A stretch of DNA of 62,337 nt, the filler included, from Globobulimina sp. (Eukaryota): NCBI GenBank assembly GCA_003354225.1. It is 22 parts of 22 records of this genome, joined end to end, with 100 filler letters (N's around TTAATTAATTAA, not from the genome) between each part and the next. Parts side by side here need not be neighbours in the genome. Positions count along the whole stretch, not along the records: positions 34,074 to 36,811 come from PIVH01005139.1; positions 36,912 to 39,649 come from PIVH01005140.1; positions 39,750 to 42,486 come from PIVH01005141.1; positions 42,587 to 45,322 come from PIVH01005142.1; 18 more parts are not named here. One strand, written 5' to 3'. The translations under genes were made by a program, and so were the position numbers. Shown piece by piece: positions 34,162 to 45,422 of this stretch. The stretch's first letter is position 1. Each line of letters begins with the position of its first letter. The notes beneath the pieces are model-generated. The model searched no databases and had not been told where the DNA came from. It was given only the letters and a program-made list of their open reading frames with translations.

Positions 34162-34998
34162 ACCGTCGTAAACGAAGTTACACGATCACTGCTGACGGAC
34201 ATCACTTAACGATAAACAGAGGACTAGGTCCGATCACTCTTGCAAGCATCACTGTGTTCACCTCTGTTTTTGATATCAGGAAGTTTGTCAAAAACGGTTT
34301 GTTTGACTATTATAAGATGCCCTTTGCATTTTTATCTGTAAACAGATAAGGCAGGGACGTCAACAAATTATTTCCACTGAAAATAAATAAAGGAGAAAGG
34401 TATAGCAGAAATAAAGTGTTGAAGGACCAGCTTATACTTATAATAGGGTGCGGGCGGGTGGGTTTCAAACAATTAAGGTCTAGAGAAGAAAGGTTTTGTT
34501 TCTGATGAGAACTGAAGTACGAAGTCAATCATCAAAAACACTTTCTTCGTGTTGACCGCAATAACCTAGGAAGTCTCAAGTGTTCGACTGCCGGCAATTA
34601 TAGCTACTTTCAAGCACTTGAGTTTCGAAGATAGATTGCAAGGAAGGAATATTTAATTAATTAATTTATTTTATATTAAATAAATAAATAAAACAATAGA
34701 AGAGGTTTGGTCAACGTTGTTCACGTTTGCAGGTAAAGTCAGCAGGATCCAAACCAAAGATATTGACAGCACATTAAATATTAGTTTAAAATAAACTAAT
34801 AAATAATTTAATTGGTTGACAAAATCTTCGACCACCGAAATCTTTGGATCCTTAGGATCTGACGATTACCCCAACGTGTCCTTAAATCTCTTATGTTTTT
34901 TCTTTTTGGATGTAGTGAATTTCTGTGCGAAACTAGTTGTCAGATTGTGAAAAACTTTAAGTCTGTAAAAAATTTAATTTAAACAATGGGTTTGTTTG

Positions 34999-36018
34999 CT
35001 AAGTCAGTCGGCGTATGTCATCAATGGTTAAATTAGATAATTTAGCCAAATCAGTAAAGTCCAACCGAATATAGATGCGCTTCCAACAATCAGTGGACCA
35101 TCTGCCCCATTTCGCAATTTTATAATCGGGAGTATTGGCTCTCGCTAAATCAGTTGCTCTGCCAATGCGTAACGAATGGCTTCTATATTTTGTGCCATCT
35201 AATTTCATTACATTCGCAATATGTTCCATGGTGTTATTGATGCAATCTGGAGTCATTGCGACATTATTATCTTTCTCAAAGACGAAATCTGATTTCTTTA
35301 ATGGTCGCTTTAATTGTTTCTCTCTGAATTTGCACAAGTTCCAAATAGTATGCGGTCCACATGTCAATGTTCCATGGCTGGCGCATGTACAATTCACTGG
35401 TAATATCTCTAATTTCTCATTATCCTGATTGCATTTGGATTTATCGACTTTTATTGCCAGCGAAATGAGCTTATTGCTATCGTCGAAGAACCAAATTAAA
35501 TTTCGATAACGTAAAGGCACATCGCCCAATGCAATCGATGGCGGACTTGAAGTATATTCACCAACGCGACAACCCCACCAATATCCAGCTGCTAAGCAAC
35601 CAGCTAAGGTCAGGGATAATTTTGTTTGTGTTTTCAAAATGATATCAAACGCAAACTGTAAATGCTGAAAACTCCATGGATGTTTCGCTCGTTTCAAGCT
35701 CGGTCGCCAACGTTTATAACCTTTCAGTTTCCTATGGATTGCTGGATGGTTTTTACGCACGAATGTGATTCCGTGATCATTCCAGTATTTACCCAGTGCT
35801 GTAAGGCAAGTATTTGCTACGCCGTCGGGAATATCCTTTCCTTGGAAGGTCTTCTCCCAATACAACCATCCCAAATAACGAATCATCATTGTTTCAGGTG
35901 TCATGGTATGGCGAAACTCCAATGGATCAATGTCTTTTTGGTGACAGAACTTGAGGTAATATCGCAAATAACTTTTATCTGTTTTTTGAGTGCGTTTAGC
36001 GTCTGCTGCGAGACCCAA
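34999..36018 (-). CDS. Tyrosine recombinase of the DIRS-order element; no in-frame ATG at its 5' end
   Basis: Catalytic motifs GCRVGEY (R), KSKCNQ (K), HSLRIGRAT (H-x-x-R) and GRWSTDCWKRIYIR (W, Y). Confidence 0.92.
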   Translation of the reverse strand: MGLAADAKRTQKTDKSYLRYYLKFCHQKDIDPLEFRHTMTPETMMIRYLGWLYWEKTFQGKDIPDGVANTCLTALGKYWNDHGITFVRKNHPAIHRKLKGYKRWRPSLKRAKHPWSFQHLQFAFDIILKTQTKLSLTLAGCLAAGYWWGCRVGEYTSSPPSIALGDVPLRYRNLIWFFDDSNKLISLAIKVDKSKCNQDNEKLEILPVNCTCASHGTLTCGPHTIWNLCKFREKQLKRPLKKSDFVFEKDNNVAMTPDCINNTMEHIANVMKLDGTKYRSHSLRIGRATDLARANTPDYKIAKWGRWSTDCWKRIYIRLDFTDLAKLSNLTIDDIRRLT

Positions 36019-36256
36019 ACGATAAGCGGTATCATCTTCGATGGCGAACTATGTACAATTGGAATAGTGTGGGCAAGGAATAGTGGATTATGTTATGGAA
36101 AAACAGGGAAGAAATCTGAAATTATTTAAATAATAATGTTTGTTTATTTGTTGTTTTTAGGCACTAAATATTGTCGTTCGATCTCGTATTTTCTACATAA
36201 GTCCGTAATTTCTTGTACAACATTTTGACATCGAGTCGGTCGGTTTTGTAGAGGGA

Positions 36257-36811
36257 CTAAACACTGACTGAGTGGATTCTCTGCAAACCGAGATGTTCCA
36301 TCCATAAATGTGTCTCGTTCTTAATTAAAAGTTTTCCAATCTCTCTAAGTACACACTGCAAATCCGGTCGTGACAAGGTGGCCCTAAACTTACTAATCAT
36401 CCAACATACGGGCTCTTTATCACACCAGGTTGTAATCGCTTTTCCTCTACGTCGACGCTGATTTACTTTTAATAAAGTATATACAGCGATCATTTCACGC
36501 CATTGGATATCTCTATTATCTGGATTATCCATTTGAATTTTATCCCAATGACATTGGAACCAACTACCTGATGGTTTATGTAAATAGCCACCGACGCCGC
36601 CATATACTTTGGCTGCATCAGTATATCCGATAATGTCCGCGGAATTGGCTGGTTTTATTAAATGGGTAAATGAACATCCAATGGATGCGGCGTGATTGAT
36701 ATGTGACATCAATATATTGGATATTGGGGGAAGATGCATATACGAAAGCATCTAAGTTACGGGCTAAGACTGCTAAAGGTCTGAGGAATTGGGCGCTATG
36801 TCGTGCTCTGC
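36257..36811 (-). pseudogene. Frameshifted RT-connection / RNase H region of the DIRS-order element
   Basis: RNase H motifs YTDAAK..GVGG, DIQWREMIAV and WCDKEPV. The upstream RARHSAQFLRPLAVLARNL is in another frame, and the usual N..AD.LSR end is missing. Confidence 0.75.
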
Positions 36812-36929
36812 NNNNNNNNNNNNNNNNNNNNNNNNNNNNNNNNNNNNNNNNNNNNTTAATTAATTAANNNNNNNNNNNNNNNNNNNNNNNNNNNNNNNNN
36901 NNNNNNNNNNNAATACGAATTGGAGGGAT

Positions 36930-37814
36930 GTGGATTTTGCAAACTTAGATCATTATAAATTGATGCGATGCACAGTCAACGATGAATTAAAGATTGAAGA
37001 TCTATATAAAATCATAGATACCAACACAACCAACCAAACCACACTAAATTCCACGATATCTGAAGACGAGAATAAACAGGAAAATTATATTGATGCTGCG
37101 CGAAGTAATAATATTATGAATGGACTCTCCCAATTACCGCATGAGAATTTAAATAATAATAATAATACAAATCTGATACAAATTGACTCCTTATTACCAA
37201 CCAAGTCATTACAATCGGCAGAAGAGCAATTATTAAATCATGGATTGGTGGATGAGGATTTTGATGATGCAAACCCTCAAACAATTGAATTTAATGAAAC
37301 AAAGAATATTACGTTGGAGGAGGACAATATAACCAACCAATCACTAATCACTTTGATGAATAATCCATATATCTCCCCATCACTCATCCCATTAATTACA
37401 ACCACTGCGATGCTACAAAATATCCAAAATGATAATTTTAACAACAGCTTCTCCAATTTATTAACCAATCAACAATCAATTCAAGAAAATAACACTCCAA
37501 TAACTACAACAGCAGATTATGTATTTAATGATGAACCAGAAATTGAGATTGTTGATATTGATCATCGTCCCAGGAAACCGCAACCAAAGCAACCTCTCCA
37601 TTCGGTGACTATAGCTCCGAATATACCTAAATATAAAGACCGAAGCACCAATGAATCGTTCCGGGTCAATATGCTTAGCAATAAATTAGATAAAACAACA
37701 AATAATAATAAATTAAAAAATAAATTACCATTTAAGAATTTGAGAAAGAAAACAAAAGCAAATTCAAAAAAACGACAACAACAAAAGTCCGATATTAGAA
37801 AAGATGCAAAATGA
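36930..37814 (+). CDS. Asn/Gln-rich ORF with a basic C-terminus, probable LINE ORF1 C-terminal part, 5' partial
   Basis: 294-aa ORF upstream of and co-oriented with ORF2. Confidence 0.55.
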   Translation: MDFANLDHYKLMRCTVNDELKIEDLYKIIDTNTTNQTTLNSTISEDENKQENYIDAARSNNIMNGLSQLPHENLNNNNNTNLIQIDSLLPTKSLQSAEEQLLNHGLVDEDFDDANPQTIEFNETKNITLEEDNITNQSLITLMNNPYISPSLIPLITTTAMLQNIQNDNFNNSFSNLLTNQQSIQENNTPITTTADYVFNDEPEIEIVDIDHRPRKPQPKQPLHSVTIAPNIPKYKDRSTNESFRVNMLSNKLDKTTNNNKLKNKLPFKNLRKKTKANSKKRQQQKSDIRKDAK

Positions 37815-38237
37815 TTAGAACGTTGGTTGCAGCCGTAACACAAGTCATACTTTGTAATTTATGTATATATAAATATTTAGTCTCTTTTAGTTTTCTTATA
37901 TTTTATACCAATTATACCCTCCAAATTCACCCAATTACCCTCCATTTATACACTGCTTTTATTTTTGTAATTGATATTAATAAAGACAGAGACCATTCTA
38001 TTGTCCCGGATTCGCACTTTGAGAGTATATCTCAATGCGATCTGATAACCACCATAGAATACTCCACTTTAATTCAATCACTTTCCTTTTTTTATACAAT
38101 AATAAAATTGTTGCCACGGCAACTCAATTTAATTCAATTACAACCCGATTCCCTTATCAGTGTAACAAGAAAACTTGAAGCCCACTACAAACGCCACAAA
38201 AAATGCTCTCAAAAACGATACAAATATAAAATAAAAA

Positions 38238-39649
38238 ATGGTTAAATATAACATATTACAATATAATGTCAATGGGATAATCAGTCCCACAAAAATGTCA
38301 CAAGAAAATAAATGTAGAAAGATACATCAAATCATGATATCTAAACAAATTGACTGCCTCCTCCTTCAGGAATGGAGTGCCACCCTACGTTATGCAATAA
38401 ATCCAACAAATTCAAGTTATACGGACTCCAATAACCGAATACATTCACTTAAATTCCCTATAGAACTATTCCCAAAGTATAAAGTCCATTATACAGGAAC
38501 AGAAACAGCAATCCTGTATAGAGACTCACTGCTAGTCACCCCAATAAATTCTCCTCTAAATTACAACCATAATGATCGAACAAGAAATTGCCACATTTCC
38601 AGTATCATCATCCATAGTGGCGACCAAAACATAGGCATCCATTCCTTGTATAATTGTCCAAGAAACCCAAATATTGATCAACTGTTTAACTATCCAATGA
38701 CTGTAGATAAGAATATAATAGCTGGCGATTTTAATGTGCCACACATAATTTGGGGCAGCGATCGATCAACAGCTGAATCTGAAAATTTTGTTAATGGATT
38801 GGAATTCCTTGACATGCAAATTCTAAATATAACCAATCCATCCTATACTCATATACATAAATCGTACCATAAAAAATCCTCAATAGATCTTACATTGATA
38901 TCCAATAATTTGAAACATACTAAATGGAATATACTGCATTCTTTATATGACCCAAACTGCTCCGACCACGTTCCCATCGCTACCACCTTTGAAGTGGAGA
39001 ACGTTTTTGGTTTCAGCGAAACAAAAAAAACGTGGAATCTATCGAATTCAAGAAAATGGAGCAAATTTACAGAGGAATTGGCAATAAACATAAAAGAAAC
39101 ACAATTTGATCATAATCCAAATTTATACACAGAACAACTAACGTATCTCATAATTTACACGGCTGAGAAATCGATTGGATACAAACATTACTACCGTGGC
39201 CATAAACCATGGTGGAACAATAAAATAAAAAGATTAAAGAAACGCTGCAAACGGCTCCGTCGAAGAATACAGCGATTAAAGCGGAAAGCAAAACGTTTCT
39301 CCACTGATTTCCATATATATCCCAAATATAAACGATTAAAACATGAATTAAATGTGCTGCAATCAAAGAAATATAAATCAATCCAAAGAGCCAAACATGC
39401 CCATTATAAGAAAATAAATAAATATATCCAAACTTGCAAAGATTATGGTCGCCGTTTCTGGCGTACAATATCGAATAATAAAACAAATGACATAAACACA
39501 AATAATATCCCTCCATTGAACTATAAAAATAATAAAAATATAATTGACCCGGTAAAGCAGGCTAAAGCTCTCCAAGAGGCCATGACCAGACCACCAAAAC
39601 CAAAAACCAGTCCGTTGCATAATGAATGGCACAAATATGTAAATAAATT
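38238..39649 (+). CDS. LINE ORF2: apurinic/apyrimidinic-type endonuclease plus linker; RT lies beyond the contig end
   Basis: ILQYNVNGI, LLLQEW, IAGDFNVPH..WG, SSIDLTLIS, SDHVPI and KPWWN. Confidence 0.92.
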
Positions 39650-40014
39650 NNNNNNNNNNNNNNNNNNNNNNNNNNNNNNNNNNNNNNNNNNNNTTAATTA
39701 ATTAANNNNNNNNNNNNNNNNNNNNNNNNNNNNNNNNNNNNNNNNNNNNGAATTAGGAACCGGTCAGGCACTGAGTTATAAAGAGACGAAAAGGCATGAC
39801 CCCAAGTTTCGACTCTAGTTACTGTCAGTTAAAGGCGACAACGTGTATTTTGGCCAACGACGGTTGATGTTTGAACCAAAATACCTATCCGTAATTAATA
39901 TCCATTAGTATAAAATTAATTATTTAATATCAACAAAACCAATGGCCATTTTATAATGTGTGAAGGTTTTTAGTTTGAAGGTTTTTACAGTAAGATGTTT
40001 TCACTGAACTATCA

Positions 40015-40170
40015 TCCCAATCCCAATCACAAACAACAGCCAGCCAGCCGCCCACCAACCACCAACCACCAACCAACAACCAACCAGCCGCCCACCCACC
40101 ACCAAACCTGCCAGCCACCCACACCCACACCACATCTACCCGCCACCCACACAAACAACCGGCAACTCCA
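40015..40170. repeat. CCA/CCAA-rich low-complexity tract
   Basis: Repeated ACCACCAACC / CAGCCGCCCACC units. Confidence 0.7.
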
Positions 40171-40207
40171 AAAGTTGAAGTCCGATCACCATAATGAAAA
40201 TTAGCTA

Positions 40208-41221
40208 ATGCATGTTGTATCATTGCTTGTTGAATTGAATGAGATCCGTTTATATTTGGATAAATATTGGAAAACCAAGCGATCATCGACAAGAATGTCA
40301 GTTTGTGTGCGCATTGTTGCAAAATCGCTGATATTTGAAAATGTGATTTATATTTGTGATAATTCATTGCTATCGGCACTGGATCCAAATATCCAATGTA
40401 TTCCATTGATAATTGACAATATGTATTTATTTCAAAGCGTTTGTAAATTGCATGAAATGGACAATGAATATTTATATAAGAATCAGCCATTGCTTGTATT
40501 GCGAGATATTGCTATGTATTTTATGCATAATGATGAAGGGAATAATGGCGATTTGCAATTACGATTTGATTCGTTTTCAATGATTGGTGACATCAAAGAT
40601 ATGGCAATCATGGCAGAGCATAGACATTGTCAATATAAGTATCATTTATTTGATATGAATACTTTGGGTGAGACACCTTGGATTGCTTTAAATTCGTCCA
40701 TGATTAAAATAAATGGCAGCTGCAATATAGAATTGGTGTCAATTAATGATGGATTTGATGTTCGTTGCATTGAGTGCAGAAAAATAAGTTTACGATCATA
40801 TAAAATGAAGAATGATGATGTTATACAGGTATTAGTTGATGAGGATGATGATGTTGATGAAAGTAAGAAAGTGGAAGGTGTTGCCTGTATTGACTGTTGT
40901 AAAAGAAAGGGAGAAATTCGAATGGTTTTAAAAAGAGCAAATGACGATTTTCTTGTAATTGTTGTTGCTGTAATTAATATTTGGTATAAAAGCAGTGATT
41001 TGGATAAATATTCACAAGGCATTGTCCAAGTGATAGATTGGAAGGATCATAAAACATATTTAGATGCATTGAATACATTAAAAATGCATTTATGTACTTT
41101 GGTGGATAACGGGGACAATAAATTGAAACAATGTGTAATCGAATATGAGCTCGACTCAAACGCAAATAGTGACAGTATTGAGAATGTTAAATGTTATGAT
41201 TCTTTTCATTGTGTAATTTGA
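40208..41221 (+). CDS. Hypothetical protein with CxxC pairs
   Basis: 337-aa ORF containing CIEC and CIDC. It is in frame with the upstream ORF 39995-40204 across a single TAG. Confidence 0.55.
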   Translation: MHVVSLLVELNEIRLYLDKYWKTKRSSTRMSVCVRIVAKSLIFENVIYICDNSLLSALDPNIQCIPLIIDNMYLFQSVCKLHEMDNEYLYKNQPLLVLRDIAMYFMHNDEGNNGDLQLRFDSFSMIGDIKDMAIMAEHRHCQYKYHLFDMNTLGETPWIALNSSMIKINGSCNIELVSINDGFDVRCIECRKISLRSYKMKNDDVIQVLVDEDDDVDESKKVEGVACIDCCKRKGEIRMVLKRANDDFLVIVVAVINIWYKSSDLDKYSQGIVQVIDWKDHKTYLDALNTLKMHLCTLVDNGDNKLKQCVIEYELDSNANSDSIENVKCYDSFHCVI

Positions 41222-41257
41222 CTTTAATACAATATAAATTTCAAATGTTTTTTTTAC

Positions 41258-42486
41258 TCAATCACTTTCCTCGTCTTCTTCATCAGTTTCCATTTCACAC
41301 AAAACATCCACATAGTCCTTCTCTAAGAAGCCCAAATCTTCCCTAGCCTCCGCAAATTCGCCTTCTTCCATTCCTTCTCCAACATACCAATGCACAAACG
41401 CTCTCTGAGAATACATCGAATCATATTTCTTGCTTATTCTGTCAGCAAACACACGACTTATACAGGTTTGATTTCCAATCATTATGGCATTCCTTTTGCA
41501 CCCTGCAATGTCATCATCTTTTGTAATTGTGGTCGGTGTGTCATTCAACCCAACTTTAAAGCCCGTCGGACACCATTCTACAAACGTTACTTTCTTGTTG
41601 CTCTTCAACCATTGTACAGTCGCCTCGGCTTCCTTTGCTTTCACGTCCCCTCTAAAGTTGACGCTAATTGCCATATATTTATCCTCCTCGGCATCAAAAT
41701 CATTCACTTTACAGAAGAAATTGTGCGGATCAAAGACCTGTTCAGTTATTCCTTGAACATCGCATCTTTGTGTCGCTATTTTGTTCGCTGTGAAAATCGG
41801 TGCCATGGCAGTGATCATGAAATGTAAACGAGGGAACGGCACTAAATTCGTTTGGAATTCATTTAAATCGACATTTAATTCGCCTTCAAATCTTAATGAA
41901 GCAGTCATTGAAGATAACGTTTTCGAAATCAATCGATTTATATTATCATAAGACGGGCGTTTTATGTCCAATTTCTTTTGACAAATCTCATAAATTGCTT
42001 CATTGTCCAATATCAATGAGATTTCAGTATGATCCAACAGCCAATGAGTAGTTAATAATGCATTGTATGGCTCTACAACGCAGGTTGATATTGTTGGTGA
42101 TGGATATACTTCGAAGCCTAACTTTGATTTTTTCCTGTAATCCACAGCAATTCTCTCTAATATTAATGCTCCCAAACCAGACCCTGTCCCGCCGCCAACT
42201 GAGTGGTTGACTATAAAACCTTGCATATTCTCACAGCAATCCACTAATTTACGCAACCTATCGTCAAAGGTATCAATTATTTCTTTGCCGACTGTATAAT
42301 GGCCGCGAGCGAAATTATTAGCGGCGTCTTCTTTGCCGTTCAACAGAAATTGCGAAGAATACATATCTTTGTAAATGCTCTGTTTTATGTCGTCAATCAC
42401 ATTTGGTTCTAAGTCAATGAATATGTTTCGAGGGACATATTGCCCACTTTGTGTTTCTTGGTAGAAGCATTGAAACGATTTATCTG
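41258..42486 (-). CDS. TUBA: Divergent alpha-tubulin (Retaria/foraminiferan alpha-2 type), 5' partial
   Basis: [60 protein letters not shown] and RAFVHWYVGEGMEEGEFAEAREDL. Divergent FDAEEDKYMAISVNFRGDVKAKEAEATVQWLK. Confidence 0.95.
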
Positions 42487-42586
42487 NNNNNNNNNNNNNN
42501 NNNNNNNNNNNNNNNNNNNNNNNNNNNNNNTTAATTAATTAANNNNNNNNNNNNNNNNNNNNNNNNNNNNNNNNNNNNNNNNNNNN

Positions 42587-43928
42587 TTTGCAAATGGTGG
42601 CCATTGTATATTACAAGGAATATAACAATTACTTGGCAATATCATCCATATTAATATCTATGTGGTCCGTCTCAAGCAAATCATTTGTGTTTGCAGCTGG
42701 TTCAGCATTGGATAAATACACACTAATTTTTAATTGGTTATGTGTTGTAATCGATTTTTTTGGTTTATTTTTTATCATTTCTTGGATATTTTATAATGAA
42801 ACAATATTTTACATATTTTTCTCTCAGTTTGTTGTATGTATTTTACCATTCGCTTTTTGGAGTATGTTGGCATTTTGGATGCTATGCATTGCCATCACGT
42901 TTGGAGATTATGTGTATGAGATTGATAACCGTTGGGTTGGTTTCATGATAGGTTGTTGTTGTTGTAGTTGTATATTTGTTGGAATTACTGCATTCACTGC
43001 GATATGTTTCTGTATTTTTGTAATGTTGTTACAAATATTCCATTGGACATACATCGCATTGATATTATATAGCTTTGGTACCAACAGATATCACTTTGAA
43101 AACAAAACAAATGCGATTGGGTATAACCATGTCATTTCGTGGATTAATAATGCAAATAAAGTTAATTATAAAAAGTTCGCAATTTCAAAAAAACAAGATC
43201 GAATCATTCGAATTGCTGCAACCAATCAATATATGTTAAATAAGTGGTCGCTGTGCAAGCCTTTACCAACACTCACTGCCTACTTAGCGGATAATTATCG
43301 ATCAGCCTTTCAAAGAGTGACATATCGCGGTTTAAGATGCAACACAGATTTGCCAAAACAGTCTAAATTTGTTGCCGCTTTTTTTGGAGCATATTGTGGA
43401 TTGTTTTGGGACAAAGTAGAAACGTTTAAAAATCCACAGCTGTTTGGCAGAGAAAGAAGAATAAAGAGAAGGAATAGCTTGCAAGGTGCTATATTTTTTT
43501 TTCCTGTGGTTTATCTATTTGGGCCATTATATATTATGTCGAGATGTATTGGTTTATGTATTCCTGTCATAATTATTGTCGATGAGCTGGCAAACAATTC
43601 GCACAAATTTGAGTGGGATTTTCAATGGTTTATGTTTATAATTTATATAATCGGAGAGATTGCGATTTTATGTTTATTGTTGGGGAAAGTATTGCGACTT
43701 CAACACATTATGTGGCATATATTACCTTCACGATCGTTGGTGGTGCCCTTTTCAAATGATATAAACAAAGCAAATGTAAGGATTGAAGAATTGAAATTTT
43801 CATACAGTAAAATGATTGAATTGCCAATGATCAAACAACTACTAATCATTAAGTTTAGTCATGATATAACTGATATTATTTTGGCTTTCATGTGGAAACA
43901 AGATGAAGCTTTTCCGGATGATACTTGA
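42587..43928 (+). CDS. Multi-pass membrane protein, XK-related-like, 5' partial
   Basis: Starts LQMVAIVYY...LAISSILISMWSVSSKS, like the segment after the XK ESxPQ..LQ motif. Many TM segments. Confidence 0.6.
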
Positions 43929-44087
43929 TAAAACTTAAAAAGTACATGTCATTGTATTGAGTTAAAGTGTGTGTTTTTTTGCTACAACACATCAACAACT
44001 CTTCTTTCACTGCTTTTCATCCCTTCCTTCCAATAGAGCCATATTCCATATCATTTCATTTTTACAAAACCCCTTTTAATTTGAAAA

Positions 44088-45322
44088 ATGAGAGAATGTA
44101 TAACAATCCACATCGGTCAAGCTGGCGTACAAGTAGGAAATGGTAAGTCATCTAATCTAAATCAAGAAATACAAAACCCAAATTCAAAAAATAAACAGCA
44201 TGTTGGGAGTTATTCTGTTTAGAGCACGGCATCCAACCCGATGGGCAAATGCCATCCGACAAGACCATAGGTGGAGGAGACGATTCTTTCAATACCTTTT
44301 TTAGCGAAACCGGCGCCGGCAAACATGTGCCACGCACCGTGATGGTCGATTTGGAGCCCACTGTGATCGACGAAGTGCGCACGGGAACCTATAGGCAGTT
44401 ATTCCATCCGGAACAGTTAATATCCGGTAAAGAAGACGCAGCCAACAATTACGCCCGCGGCCATTATACAATCGGCAAAGAAGTGATTGATTTGGTATTA
44501 GATCGCATTCGCAAATTAGCGGATAACTGTACCGGTTTGCAAGGCTTTATGATCTATCACTCCTTTGGTGGCGGTACCGGCTCTGGTTTTGGCTCTTTAT
44601 TATTAGAGCGGTTATCTGTAGATTATGGCAAGAAATCCAAGATTGAATTTGCAGTGTATCCATCGCCACAAATCGCAACTGCTGTGGTCGAGCCCTATAA
44701 TTCTGTGTTATGCGCACATGCTATGATGGAGCATTCTGATGTGGCCTTCATGGTCGATAACGAAGCATTGTATGATATTTGCCGCAGGAATTTAGGTGTG
44801 TACTGTGCATGAAATGTATATTTGGATTACGTCATCAAAACTATATTAATCTATAACTGTGAACGCACCAATATAGGAATTGAAAGACCAACGTATACGA
44901 ATTTAAATAGATTATTAGCACAATGCATCTCTTCCGTGACCGCCAGTTTACGTTTCGACGGTGCCTTAAATGTGGATTTGACCGAATTTCAGACTAATTT
45001 AGTGCCGTATCCACGCATTCATTTCCCTCTATGTGCGTTCGCGCCGGTTATTTCAGCTGAAATCGCGTACCATGAACAATTATCGGTGGCAGAAATCACA
45101 AATTCCGTTTTTGAGCCCGCTAACCAAATGGTAAAATGTGATCCGCGCCACGGCAAATATATGGCGTGCTGTATGATGTACCGCGGAGATGTCGTTCCCA
45201 AGGATGTAAATGCAGCCATTGGCACAGTAAAAACAAAGCGAACCATCCGATTTGTAGATTGGTGCCCCACTGGATTTAAAGTTGGAATTAACTATCAACC
45301 GCCAAATGTGGTCCCTGGCGGC
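44088..45322 (+). CDS. TUBA: Canonical alpha-tubulin; exons 44088-44142, 44199-44795 and 44877 to beyond 45322, 3' partial
   Basis: [45 protein letters not shown] (K40 present), [10 protein letters not shown] and [16 protein letters not shown] introns 44143-44198 and 44796-44876 restore the frame. Confidence 0.97.
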
Positions 45323-45422
45323 NNNNNNNNNNNNNNNNNNNNNNNNNNNNNNNNNNNNNNNNNNNNTTAATTAATTAANNNNNNNNNNNNNNNNNNNNNN
45401 NNNNNNNNNNNNNNNNNNNNNN

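Larger units (their letters stand above)
34074..36811 (-). mobile_element. 3' half of a DIRS-order tyrosine-recombinase retrotransposon with split direct repeats (Ngaro/PAT-like), partly degenerate
   Basis: An RT-connection and RNase H region followed by a YR ORF on the same strand, then an 88-bp direct repeat at 34747-34834 and 34074-34161. Confidence 0.88.
36912..39649 (+). mobile_element. APE-type non-LTR retrotransposon (LINE) fragment: ORF1-like region, a small middle ORF and the ORF2 endonuclease
   Basis: ORF2 carries APE motifs. The sense strand is A/C-rich throughout and the ORFs overlap at their stop/start codons. Confidence 0.85.

Noticed and set aside
34999-36018. Phage or integron integrase indicating a prophage
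   Set aside because: The adjacent retroelement-type RNase H and the split direct repeats identify a DIRS-order retrotransposon.
39951-40490. Gly/Trp-rich minus-strand ORF
   Set aside because: It is the reverse translation of the CCA-rich simple repeat and the antisense of the 40208 ORF.
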